Notes under the pieces: generated by a model
Seen by the model: the letters and a program-made list of their open reading frames with translations, nothing else
Database searches by the model: none
Told to the model about the DNA's origin: nothing
Translations under genes and position numbers: made by a program
Shown here: positions 9,518-18,837 of the stretch, one piece after another
How the letters are laid out: each line of letters starts with the position of its first letter
Position numbering within the stretch: position 1 is the first letter of the stretch
Source of the DNA: an uncultured Candidatus Saccharibacteria bacterium
GTDB taxonomy: Bacteria; Patescibacteriota; Minisyncoccia; Phycocordibacterales; CAIZLB01
Direction: 5' to 3'
Assembly (NCBI GenBank): GCA_964620475.1
Contig: CAZUJN010000002.1
Span: 33,185 to 75,773 of the forward strand
Length of the DNA stretch: 42,589 bases

Positions 9518-9533
9518 TATACTATACGTATAT

Positions 9534-10823
9534 ATGAAGAAAAATGATTCAGATGTAATAGTAATAGAAGTTGCTACCACCGCCCTACGCTTGATTATTA
9601 TTAACAAAGAATCAGGTAAGATTGTTGCTACAAGTAATGTGCCTATAGAATATATAAAAAGAGGCATCATTAAAGATGTTGAAGCTTTAACAAAAAGCAT
9701 AAGAACATTAATATCTCAGACAAATAAAAACTACCTTAATACCATAAAGAAAGTAGTAATTGCACTTTCTGGCTCGGCTATATCAAGCATCTCTTCATCA
9801 GCAGAAGTAAAAATAAACAACAAAAACAAAATAATAGATGGTGAGATAATGGATGAAATATTTCAAAAGCTAGAAAATAAAATACCTGAGAATATATCTC
9901 AAAACAAAAAGATAATACATACAGTTCCGCAAAAATATAAGATAGACGGTAAAACTATAAACACCAGCAAACCGATAGGTTTATCTGGAAACATATTAGA
10001 ACTACAAGCTTTGTGTATATTCACAAATAAACAACATCTAGAAAATGTACTTTTAGCATGTGAGGAAAATAATTTAGATGTGGAGGATGTAATTGTATCA
10101 GAGTATGCATATTCTAAAAATCAGATCTCAGAGGCCGATAGATTAGCCGGTGTATGTATAGTAAATATAGGCGGTGACACCACAACGGTTATAAGTTATG
10201 AAGAAAATGTGCCAATATTACTCGAAGTTATACCTTTAGGCTCTGAAGACATATCTAGAGACATAGCTTTAGGTTTGAAAGTTACATTATCACAAGCAAA
10301 AATGATTAAGATGTATCCAGATACTGAATTAAAAAAATTAGCTTCAGAGTTAACCGAGGTATTTATTACTGGTCAGAAAATGCACATAAGGAGGGATCAA
10401 AGAGAAAAAGCTTTCTTCTTATCTCTACAAGAAAAATATCATGAAATCATATACGCTCGTATTATAGATATATTTGAACTTATACAAAAACACTTAAAGA
10501 AAATTGGCAGAGATAGGTTATTACCTGCCGGTGTTATAATACACGGAGGAGGATCTATGACTAAAGATATAGCTACAATATCCAGAGAGATATTGCATCT
10601 TCCAACACAAATCAGAAGTGAAAATATATGTAATTTAGATTTATGCAAGTTCAAACAAAGTAAAAATATATGCATAGAGTGTGGTGATACTATGAGTATA
10701 TATGCCACAGGTTTATATTATCTAGATCAGGATGAAGATGAGTACTTTAGTAATAAAGGACATAAAGGCTTATCACATACAATGAAAAAAGTTTTGAATT
10801 GGTTAAAACCTTTCTTGCCTTAA
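9534..10823 (+). CDS. ftsA: Cell division protein FtsA (divergent)
   Basis: IIHTVPQKYKIDG..PIGLSG..LE, GVCIVNIGGDTT, IPLGSEDISRDIALGL, IIYARI.DIFELI and LLPAGVIIHGGGS motifs, near ftsZ. Start trimmed to 9534. Confidence 0.88.
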   Translation: MKKNDSDVIVIEVATTALRLIIINKESGKIVATSNVPIEYIKRGIIKDVEALTKSIRTLISQTNKNYLNTIKKVVIALSGSAISSISSSAEVKINNKNKIIDGEIMDEIFQKLENKIPENISQNKKIIHTVPQKYKIDGKTINTSKPIGLSGNILELQALCIFTNKQHLENVLLACEENNLDVEDVIVSEYAYSKNQISEADRLAGVCIVNIGGDTTTVISYEENVPILLEVIPLGSEDISRDIALGLKVTLSQAKMIKMYPDTELKKLASELTEVFITGQKMHIRRDQREKAFFLSLQEKYHEIIYARIIDIFELIQKHLKKIGRDRLLPAGVIIHGGGSMTKDIATISREILHLPTQIRSENICNLDLCKFKQSKNICIECGDTMSIYATGLYYLDQDEDEYFSNKGHKGLSHTMKKVLNWLKPFLP

Positions 10824-10824
10824 A

Positions 10825-11358
10825 CTATTTCAATAATTCATCGGCTAAAGCGAATAGTTCATATGATTGATGTGTTTTAGCTATTTTGACAACATCTTCT
10901 GTGGATAAACTAGAGTCAGATAAATACAATTCATATATTATCTTGATATGGGTCAGATACTCTAATTCTGTATTGGATACATGTTCGATATTTTTAGAGA
11001 TAACATTTATTAATTTATATAATAATAATATAGAAATAATTCTTCTATTTTTAATATCCACCGTCTCAGTTAATTCAAGATTCGGTTGCACATCTCTAGA
11101 TCTAGACCAACTTACATCGAGTAATATATCCTCAAAGTCAGAATAATCTTCTGTATCATGAACATTATCTAATCTAATAACATAATTCATAATTTGATAC
11201 ACAGGATCTGTTAAATTTTTCCCATCAAATAATTTTTTAAAAGTTTTTTTAAAGAAAATTAATAAATAATGAGCTAATTCAGTATTAGACATCGACTCTA
11301 TAGATTCTCTAATAGTTTTAACTTCTGATTTTGAAATTGATTCACTTTCTGAAACCAT
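10825..11358 (-). CDS. Hypothetical AT-rich orphan between ftsA and ftsZ
   Basis: Acidic, helical-looking ORF. TATAAT at 11366-11371 lies 7 nt before ATG 11358. Confidence 0.65.
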   Translation of the reverse strand: MVSESESISKSEVKTIRESIESMSNTELAHYLLIFFKKTFKKLFDGKNLTDPVYQIMNYVIRLDNVHDTEDYSDFEDILLDVSWSRSRDVQPNLELTETVDIKNRRIISILLLYKLINVISKNIEHVSNTELEYLTHIKIIYELYLSDSSLSTEDVVKIAKTHQSYELFALADELLK

Positions 11359-11440
11359 AAATATAATTATACCCTCTTTTTTTATAAAAAACATCAAAAA
11401 AACCCTTAAAATCACAACACATAATCAATTTTGTCTCAAA

Positions 11441-11469
11441 TTGGCAGGCAAAAACTTCCGTGATATAAT
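11441..11469 (+). promoter_or_regulatory. ftsZ promoter (leaderless type)
   Basis: TTGGCA-N17-TATAAT with TGn extension, ATG 8 nt downstream. Confidence 0.75.
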
Positions 11470-11477
11470 CATGAATT

Positions 11478-12677
11478 ATGCCACAAGTAAAAACTGAAAT
11501 ACAAACATTTGCAAGAATTAACGTAGTTGGTGTCGGTGGATCTGGAAAAAACGCTACAAATCACATGATTAACAATAAAGTGAAGGGTGTTGATTTTATA
11601 GCCATAAATACAGACGCTCAGGATCTTAATAATTCCCTAGCCCCTAAGAAAATACACATAGGTAAAAATCTAACTAAAGGTTTAGGTGCTGGTATGAATC
11701 CAGAAGTTGGTAAAAACGCAGCAGAAGAAACAAGAGCTGAAGTACAAGAAGCCTTGAAAAATGCTGATATGGTTTTTGTTGCAGGTGGACTTGGTGGAGG
11801 TACCGGTACAGGAGCTAGTCCTATAGTTGCTCGTATATCAAAAGAGATGGGTGCACTTACTATTGGTGTAGTAACAAAACCTTTCATGTTTGAGGGTCAA
11901 AGACGTATGAGATTGGCAGAAGAAGGATTAGCAGAATTATCAAAATCAGTTGATGCTCTTATAGTTGTACCAAATGACAAATTGATGGGGGCTATATCAA
12001 AAGACACAACAGCTAAAGATGCATTCGCTATGAGTGATGAGGTTCTTAAACAAGCTGTTGAAGGTATATCAGATCTTATAACAACTCCAGGTGCTATTGG
12101 TAACATAGACTTTGCAGATATCAGAGCTGTTCTTGAAAACGCAGGTTCAGCGTTGATGGGTGTAGGTCAAGCTTCAGGTGAAAACAGAGCGGTAGAAGCT
12201 GCTAAAGCTGCTATATCGTCACCTCTTATAGATATATCTATACATGGAGCTAAAGGAGTATTATTCTCTATAGCAGGTAGTGATGATCTTACAATGTTTG
12301 AAATATCAGAAGCAGCTAGAGTTATCACAGAGTCAGTGGACCCAGATGCTAAAATAATATTCGGTACAGTTAAGGATGATAAATTAAAGAAAAATGAAGT
12401 TAGAGTAACAGTTGTTGCGGCCAACTTCCCTGATAAACTTACAGCAGTTAGAAATATATTCCGTGATAGAGAAACTATGGTACAAGACTCTGTATCATCA
12501 CAAGACGATACTAAGCCAGGTAAAATATTTAATTCTATAAATATAAACAAAAAGAAAGAAGAAAAAGAAGAGGTTGAAGAGGAAGATAATTCAAATGTAA
12601 TGAAGCCGGCAGCAGATATTGACGAAGATGATTGGTCAGCAGTTCCAGCATTTCTAAGAAGATCAAAAAATAGATAG
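11478..12677 (+). CDS. ftsZ: Cell division protein FtsZ
   Basis: GVGGSG.NA, GGLGGGTGTG, NIDFAD and the C-terminal VPAFLRR tail. Confidence 0.99.
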   Translation: MPQVKTEIQTFARINVVGVGGSGKNATNHMINNKVKGVDFIAINTDAQDLNNSLAPKKIHIGKNLTKGLGAGMNPEVGKNAAEETRAEVQEALKNADMVFVAGGLGGGTGTGASPIVARISKEMGALTIGVVTKPFMFEGQRRMRLAEEGLAELSKSVDALIVVPNDKLMGAISKDTTAKDAFAMSDEVLKQAVEGISDLITTPGAIGNIDFADIRAVLENAGSALMGVGQASGENRAVEAAKAAISSPLIDISIHGAKGVLFSIAGSDDLTMFEISEAARVITESVDPDAKIIFGTVKDDKLKKNEVRVTVVAANFPDKLTAVRNIFRDRETMVQDSVSSQDDTKPGKIFNSININKKKEEKEEVEEEDNSNVMKPAADIDEDDWSAVPAFLRRSKNR

Positions 12678-12705
12678 TTTATTTACAAATAATCTTAAAA
12701 TATAA

Positions 12706-13617
12706 ATGGAAAATACAAATCAAAAGTATGATTTAGTAATTATAGGCGGCGGCCCTGCTGGATCAGCAGCCGCTGTTTATGCTGCTAGAAAGAAGATAAA
12801 ATCAGCAATAATAACAACTGAATTCGGCGGTCAAAGTGTGGTTTCTGATGATATACAAAATTGGATAGGAACACCCCATATCTCAGGTATGGATTTGGCA
12901 AAATCTCTCGAGACTCATGTTAAAGAGTATCAAGGAGATATTTTACATATTATAAAAGAATTAGTATCTTCTATTACACAAAACGAAAATAAGACATTTA
13001 CTATAAAAACAAATAAAGGTGATATAACAACTCGTTCAATACTTATAGCTACAGGTAGTAAAAGACGTAAACTTGAAGCTAAAGGTGCGGATGAATTTGA
13101 ACATAAAGGTGTGACATATTGTGCATCTTGTGACGGTCCCATGTATAGAGATACAGCTGTAGCTGTTATAGGCGGCGGTAATGCTGCCTTTGAATCAGCT
13201 CTTCAGTTAGCTGCTTATTGTACAAAAGTTTATATATTAAACAGAAGTGAATCATATAGAGCTGATGAGATAACTGTTGATAAAGCTAAAAGTAAATCGA
13301 ATATAGAAATAATAAATAATGCGGTTGTTACAGAAGTGTTTGGTGAACAATTTGTAAAAGGTTTAACTTATAATAATGATAATAAACTTGATGTTGAAGG
13401 TATATTTGTTGAAATAGGACAAATACCAAATACTGATTATATAAATATAGTTGAGAAAAATAATACTGGTAATATAATAGTTGATCCAAGAACACAAAGA
13501 ACTTCTATTGAAGGTATATGGGCAGCCGGTGATTGTACAGATGGTTTATATCATCAAAATAACATCGCTGTTGGCGATGCTGTTAAGGCTTTGGAGAATA
13601 TATATGTGTGGTTGTAA
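12706..13617 (+). CDS. trxB: Thioredoxin-disulfide reductase family (TrxB/AhpF-C-like)
   Basis: IIGGGPAG, ATGS, redox motif CASCDG, VIGGGNAA and GIWAAGDC. Confidence 0.9.
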   Translation: MENTNQKYDLVIIGGGPAGSAAAVYAARKKIKSAIITTEFGGQSVVSDDIQNWIGTPHISGMDLAKSLETHVKEYQGDILHIIKELVSSITQNENKTFTIKTNKGDITTRSILIATGSKRRKLEAKGADEFEHKGVTYCASCDGPMYRDTAVAVIGGGNAAFESALQLAAYCTKVYILNRSESYRADEITVDKAKSKSNIEIINNAVVTEVFGEQFVKGLTYNNDNKLDVEGIFVEIGQIPNTDYINIVEKNNTGNIIVDPRTQRTSIEGIWAAGDCTDGLYHQNNIAVGDAVKALENIYVWL

Positions 13618-13638
13618 AAATTTATTTATTACATCAGT

Positions 13639-14604
13639 CTATACACTCAACCCACAAATCTTCTTCACTTCACTCATTTTTTTAGCTGCCAAACTCGCCG
13701 CTACATCATTTCCCTCTTTCAACACTTTCATCACATAACCCATATCAGCCTCAAGCTTAGCTCTTTTTTCACGAAGTGGTTTTATGAATGCGTCTAAATC
13801 TTCTATAAGAATATCTTTTAATATTTTATATTTTCCTTTATTTTCTTCATATATAGCTTTCAATTCTTTTTCATCACGAACCAGTTTGTGTATAGCATAA
13901 ACATTTTCTGGTATATCAGATCCTGAATCAGTAACTATCTTTTTAACCAATTTCTCTATCTCTTCTCTAGTTGAAAAAAGTGGTATATGATTTCCATAAC
14001 TTTTACTCATTTTACGACCATCTATACCTGGAACAAGTTGCATGTCTTTTATTAGATATTCTTTTGGTTCTTGAAAATATTCAACACCATATTCTTTATT
14101 GAACTTACGAGCTATGTCGCGAGTTATCTCTAGATGCTGCTTATTATCTATACCAACCGGTACATGAGTAGCATCATACATAAGTATATCCGCTGCCATA
14201 AGTACTGGATATAAGAAAGTTCCGGCTATAACTTCTTTACCTTTTGCTTCAGCATCTTTATATAAATGACCTCTCATCAGATATGGCACTGTTGCCAGAT
14301 AAGAGAATATCATTGCCAACTCTGGATGATAGGCTGTGTGTGATTGTATAAATATTTTAGAGATTTTTGGATCTATGCCTATAGCAAGATAATCTAAAAC
14401 AACATCAATGGTTGCCTGACGCATACTCTCACCCTTATTGGCATCAAGTGTGTGCAGATCAGCTACCATAAAATACCTATCAGCATCTTTAAAATCTGCA
14501 TCGTATTGCATATCAACAAACTGCTTCATGGCACCAAAATAGTTTCCTATATGAGGACGTGCCGATGGTCTAACACCTGAAAGTATAATTTTCTTTTTAT
14601 TCAT
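13639..14604 (-). CDS. trpS: Tryptophan--tRNA ligase
   Basis: SGVRPS..PHIGNYFGA, YPVLMAADIL, VPVGIDNKQHLEITRDIA and KMSKSYGN. Confidence 0.97.
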   Translation of the reverse strand: MNKKKIILSGVRPSARPHIGNYFGAMKQFVDMQYDADFKDADRYFMVADLHTLDANKGESMRQATIDVVLDYLAIGIDPKISKIFIQSHTAYHPELAMIFSYLATVPYLMRGHLYKDAEAKGKEVIAGTFLYPVLMAADILMYDATHVPVGIDNKQHLEITRDIARKFNKEYGVEYFQEPKEYLIKDMQLVPGIDGRKMSKSYGNHIPLFSTREEIEKLVKKIVTDSGSDIPENVYAIHKLVRDEKELKAIYEENKGKYKILKDILIEDLDAFIKPLREKRAKLEADMGYVMKVLKEGNDVAASLAAKKMSEVKKICGLSV

Positions 14605-14628
14605 AATTTTATTTTATCATTTTTTATT

Positions 14629-15942
14629 TTAACTCCCTACTCTACTTAGAACTGTTCTAATAGTTTTTAGGAAAATTTGTAATTCTAAACTAATAGATCT
14701 ATGTTTTATATAATAGAAATCATAAGAAAGCTTTAATCTTGTCTCTCTTAGATTTGACGGAACATAATCTTGATTAACCTGTGCCCAACCTGAGAGTCCA
14801 GGTCTTACTAATGTTCTCATCATAAAATATGGCAAATCTTTGGTTAAATCATCTGCTATATGCTTAAACTCTGGTCTTGGACCTATAAGTGATAGGTCAC
14901 CACGAAGTACAGATAATATTTGAGGTAATTCATCTATACGAAGTGGTTTTATTATAGAACCCACTTTCGATACAGGGTTATCTTCTGATTTAGCTCCAAA
15001 TTTAACACCAGCATCATCGTATTTTCTATTTCTGATTTTTGGTATTTTTATTATTTTACCAAGTTGTCCAAGTCTTTTATTTTGTATAAAGAATTTACCA
15101 GGACCTTCAAAATACATAAATAATCTTATAAATGGAAACATTATAAATGTTGGCAATAATAGTAAACAGAAAAATATATCAAAAAATCTTTTAAATGATA
15201 AATACACTGGACTTGCCTGCCTTTGTATATATGTCAAAAACCATAACTCGTCTATTTGAGCTAAAGGTATTCTTTTCATGACTTGTTCAAAGAAAGTTTT
15301 CAACTCAGTGTATTTAATACCTAAATATATACTCTCATATAAATACTCTTTTATGGTCTTTATTTTGGCATGATCTGTATCTATTACTATAAGATTTTGA
15401 CTGTCTAATGGTATATTTTTAAATTCCCTTTTTATATCATCAACAAACATTTTATCTAGATCAACATATTTAGCTAGACGATAATAATGATCTTTATTTG
15501 TTTTTAAATAATCTATCAAATCATTAAAATCTTCACCTGTACCAAAAACATACACATTTTGTACAAATGGATTTAATTTAGCAAAAACATATCTCCAAGC
15601 ATTCATTAAAACCAAAGAAGTTATAAAGAAAATCAAAAGATTAGTCTTTGGACTAATACCCAAAGTACTATATGAAAAATAAAAGAATAAAGTTGATGCA
15701 ATAAAGACTGATATATTTACTATAAATATTCTCAAGAAATTAGCCTTATAATCAGCCGCGGTTCTATCGTATAGACCAACTATATATTGGCCCATCAAAA
15801 GAGCCGATATAACCCCCACAAAAGGCCAAAAATGGGCATCCAGGCTTAAGTTTCTAGCAAAAACCATGATATAGAAGGCTGCCCCGAAAAGTATAATATC
15901 ACCGAAAAATTGAAGTATCTGTATGGATTTTGACTTATTCAT
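14629..15942 (-). CDS. Polyprenyl-phosphate sugar phosphotransferase (WcaJ/WbaP-like)
   Basis: N-terminal TMs, FKRFFDI, RIDELPQILSVLRGDLSLIGPRPE, RPGLSGWAQVN and DFYYI. Confidence 0.92.
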   Translation of the reverse strand: MNKSKSIQILQFFGDIILFGAAFYIMVFARNLSLDAHFWPFVGVISALLMGQYIVGLYDRTAADYKANFLRIFIVNISVFIASTLFFYFSYSTLGISPKTNLLIFFITSLVLMNAWRYVFAKLNPFVQNVYVFGTGEDFNDLIDYLKTNKDHYYRLAKYVDLDKMFVDDIKREFKNIPLDSQNLIVIDTDHAKIKTIKEYLYESIYLGIKYTELKTFFEQVMKRIPLAQIDELWFLTYIQRQASPVYLSFKRFFDIFFCLLLLPTFIMFPFIRLFMYFEGPGKFFIQNKRLGQLGKIIKIPKIRNRKYDDAGVKFGAKSEDNPVSKVGSIIKPLRIDELPQILSVLRGDLSLIGPRPEFKHIADDLTKDLPYFMMRTLVRPGLSGWAQVNQDYVPSNLRETRLKLSYDFYYIKHRSISLELQIFLKTIRTVLSRVGS

Positions 15943-15959
15943 ATAAAAATAAGTATACT
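15930..15959 (+). promoter_or_regulatory. Leaderless promoter of the GT4 gene, overlapping the start of the divergent gene
   Basis: TTGACT(15930-15935)-N18-TATACT(15954-15959), ATG at 15966 exactly 6 nt later. Confidence 0.65.
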
Positions 15960-15965
15960 ATGAGT

Positions 15966-17084
15966 ATGACAAAAATTCTATACTGTATAACTAAGGGTAA
16001 TTTTGGTGGGGCCCAGAGATATGTTTATGATTTGGCGACAAATTTAGACAAAAATCAATACAATATAACGGTACTTTGTGGCGAAGGTGACACTTTACCA
16101 AATAAACTTCAAGAAAAAGATATAAAAGTTATTAGACTAAATGTTTTAAAACGTGACATAAGTATAGTAAATGAATTTAAATCTTTTATAGAGATATATA
16201 AAATTTTCAAAAAAGAGAAACCAGATATAATACACTTGAATAGTTCTAAGATGGGCGGTATAGGTGCATTTATCGGAAGAATAGTCGGCATTAAAAATAT
16301 TATATTTACAGCTCATGGTTTTGCATTCAATGAAAAAAGACCTTTGTGGCAGAAATTAATATTAATATTCTTTCATCATTTAACAATATTACTTACACAT
16401 AAAACCATAATGGTTTCCGAAAAAACAAAAAGAGATATAGATTATTTACCATTTATAAAAAATAAATTAATAAAAATTTATAATGGTATTGACACACATC
16501 TTGACTTTTATGACAAAGAAAAATCCAAAGAAATTTTAAAAGAAAAAAATATAAATTTTAATAATAAAAAAATATTATTATCTATAGGAGAATTACATAA
16601 GAATAAGGGCTATGATATATTTATCCCCCATCTTAAAGAAATTAAAAAAGATTTTTTATATATAATAATCGGCAATGGAGAAGAAAAAGAAAATCTTGAT
16701 AAAATAATTAAAGAAAATAATTTGACGGAAAAAGTTTATTTACTTGGAAGAGTTGAAGAAGCTTATAAGTATATAAAGATGTCTGATATATTTATATTAC
16801 CTTCCAGAACTGAGGCGTTCCCTTATGTATTACTTGAATCTGGTTTAGCATCTAGTGTTATATTGGCTTCGAGAGTTGGTGGTATACCTGAGATAATATT
16901 AGAAAATGAAACTGGTTTACTATTTGATTTATACGACAAAGAAAATGTTGTAAGCAAAATAGAGCAATTGTTATCTGATGAAAATATAAGATATAGACTT
17001 TCAAATAATATACATAGAAAAGTTGTTGAAGAGTTTTCTATAGAAAAAATGCTGGAACAAACTTTGAGCGTTTACAGTAAATAG
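15966..17084 (+). CDS. Glycosyltransferase family 4
   Basis: ITKGNFGGAQRYV, IIHLNSSK, IFTAHG, GELHKNKG and EAFPYVLLES...SRVGGIPE. Confidence 0.93.
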   Translation: MTKILYCITKGNFGGAQRYVYDLATNLDKNQYNITVLCGEGDTLPNKLQEKDIKVIRLNVLKRDISIVNEFKSFIEIYKIFKKEKPDIIHLNSSKMGGIGAFIGRIVGIKNIIFTAHGFAFNEKRPLWQKLILIFFHHLTILLTHKTIMVSEKTKRDIDYLPFIKNKLIKIYNGIDTHLDFYDKEKSKEILKEKNINFNNKKILLSIGELHKNKGYDIFIPHLKEIKKDFLYIIIGNGEEKENLDKIIKENNLTEKVYLLGRVEEAYKYIKMSDIFILPSRTEAFPYVLLESGLASSVILASRVGGIPEIILENETGLLFDLYDKENVVSKIEQLLSDENIRYRLSNNIHRKVVEEFSIEKMLEQTLSVYSK

Positions 17085-17099
17085 AGTTCATGGTATTTT
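17071..17099 (+). promoter_or_regulatory. Promoter of unit 2
   Basis: TTTACA(17071-17076)-N17-TATTTT(17094-17099) with TGn. The -35 lies in the last codons of the GT4 gene. Confidence 0.55.
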
Positions 17100-17127
17100 T
17101 ATATTTGTCGAACCTAAAAAACACCCA

Positions 17128-17532
17128 ATGAAATTTAAGATCCAACTAATCCGTCTTGCTGTCGAAAACTGGAAGATGTTTTCCTTTCTTTCGATTACAA
17201 TGTCTATAATCTCAGCATCCAAAAAACTACCATGCAATAACTTTCCTATAATCTGCATGTTTGGAATTATGGTGACTATATTATCCAGCCGACTACTGAT
17301 TCACATGTCAGACTATGTCTACAACACAGCTGCAAGAAGACAGCTGAGCGATTCAGAGCATAATATAAATAGAACCAAGACTGTGGCAATATGCTCTTGT
17401 TTAGGGTCTGCATTCATCCTTTTCTTCTCGTCACTTTCAGCTGGTCACCCATTGACTAATCTTGGTCAAGGAACGAATATTCAAGGTCAGCCGGTATCAA
17501 CCTTCCGGTTAATTAACCGGATATTCGAATAA
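17128..17532 (+). CDS. Orphan membrane protein (unit 2, moderately GC-elevated)
   Basis: 134 aa with 2-3 hydrophobic segments, C/G-ending codons, followed by a terminator. Confidence 0.65.
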   Translation: MKFKIQLIRLAVENWKMFSFLSITMSIISASKKLPCNNFPIICMFGIMVTILSSRLLIHMSDYVYNTAARRQLSDSEHNINRTKTVAICSCLGSAFILFFSSLSAGHPLTNLGQGTNIQGQPVSTFRLINRIFE

Positions 17533-17533
17533 C

Positions 17534-17565
17534 AAAAACTCGGGTCCAATCCCCGAGTCTTTTTT
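17534..17565. terminator. Bidirectional intrinsic terminator (unit 2 / efp)
   Basis: A5-ACTCGGG-tccaatc-CCCGAGT-c-T6. The efp stop abuts it at 17564. Confidence 0.8.
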
Positions 17566-18139
17566 ATTTACTAACTCTTTCTACATACTCACCTGTTTCT
17601 GTATTTATTCTAACCACATCTCCCGGCTCTATAAACATCGGTGCAAGTATTGTTGCTCCAGTAGCAAGGGTGATAAGTTTGTTACCACCTTTAGCAGTAT
17701 CACCTCTAACAGCCGGCGGAGCTTCTGTAACCTCAAGTTCAACTTTTATTGGTAATCTAACACCTATAGGTGTCTCACCAAAATATTTTACATCTATAAG
17801 ATCATTTGCTAATAAATATTTTGTTGCATCACCCAACAATACTTCTGATAATTTAAATCTATTCCCTGCATTCTTTTCATCACAGAACCACCACTCACCT
17901 TTATTATTATATAAATATTTAACTTTTTTAGTTTCTATTTCAGCCTCTTCTGCTTTATCTGTAGCCTGAAAAGAAACTTCTATAGTACGTCCTGAAAGAA
18001 GATTTCTCATCTTGACTGCGTTAACAGGTTTACGCATCTGCTTTCTAAAAACATGTGAGTCCAAGATCTCATAAGGCTCACCATCATCATATATAATTAC
18101 TTTTCTAATAACGATTTCGTTGTATTCTAACATTGACAT
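17564..18139 (-). CDS. efp: Elongation factor P (non-canonical tip loop)
   Basis: KMRNLLSG, YLYN..GEWWF and the C-terminal EAPPAVRGDTA.GGNKLITLATGA.ILAPMFIEPGD.VRINTETGEYVER. Confidence 0.95.
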   Translation of the reverse strand: MSMLEYNEIVIRKVIIYDDGEPYEILDSHVFRKQMRKPVNAVKMRNLLSGRTIEVSFQATDKAEEAEIETKKVKYLYNNKGEWWFCDEKNAGNRFKLSEVLLGDATKYLLANDLIDVKYFGETPIGVRLPIKVELEVTEAPPAVRGDTAKGGNKLITLATGATILAPMFIEPGDVVRINTETGEYVERVSK

Positions 18140-18178
18140 AATGTATACAATATAAGCTTTTTTAAACAGTTTTGCAAC

Positions 18179-18793
18179 CTAATCTAATAAGAACCAGCCA
18201 TGATTTTTAGCATATCTTCTAAGCCTCTTATTTGGATTTACAGCATATCTATATGTCGCTTTTTTAAGCAAAGGTATATCAGAATTATGATCACTATAAG
18301 CAAATGAATCATTAAAATCATAATCACGAAGTCTATTAACCTTTTCTTCTTTATAATTTATTTTTCCAAGAATTTTTCCTGTATATTTACCATTCTTTAT
18401 TTCAAGTTTAGTGGCAACATAATCATGTATATGAAAATATCTGGCAGCGTATTTTGCTATAGGCTCAAATGAAGTTGTAACTAACACTATTTTTTTATCT
18501 CTAGTATTATGTTTTTCTAATTCAGCTACGGCTGCTAAATTTTTTATTTGATCAAATTCTGTAAATATAAAAGCCTTCATAACTTTATCCAATCTATTCA
18601 TATCAACACCTTGAAAAAGCTTAGCTAAAGTCTTCATTTTTTTATCTATATTACGTCTCATCAATAAGAAAAATCTATAATATAAAAATTTTCTAAAAGA
18701 AATAACTCTTCTACGCCTAAGAACGTTTAATACTATCTCATAACTATTTTTAGTAATGAGGGTTTTATCCAAATCAAAGAAAACATAACTCAT
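18179..18793 (-). CDS. HAD-IB family phosphatase
   Basis: FFDLDKTL (DxDxT), VTTS, GKYTGKI, EEKV, AYSDHNSDIPLL and AVNP. Confidence 0.9.
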   Translation of the reverse strand: MSYVFFDLDKTLITKNSYEIVLNVLRRRRVISFRKFLYYRFFLLMRRNIDKKMKTLAKLFQGVDMNRLDKVMKAFIFTEFDQIKNLAAVAELEKHNTRDKKIVLVTTSFEPIAKYAARYFHIHDYVATKLEIKNGKYTGKILGKINYKEEKVNRLRDYDFNDSFAYSDHNSDIPLLKKATYRYAVNPNKRLRRYAKNHGWFLLD

Positions 18794-18837
18794 AGACTAG
18801 ATATTATAAGGGTTTTTAGGAATTTTATCAATTTGAC

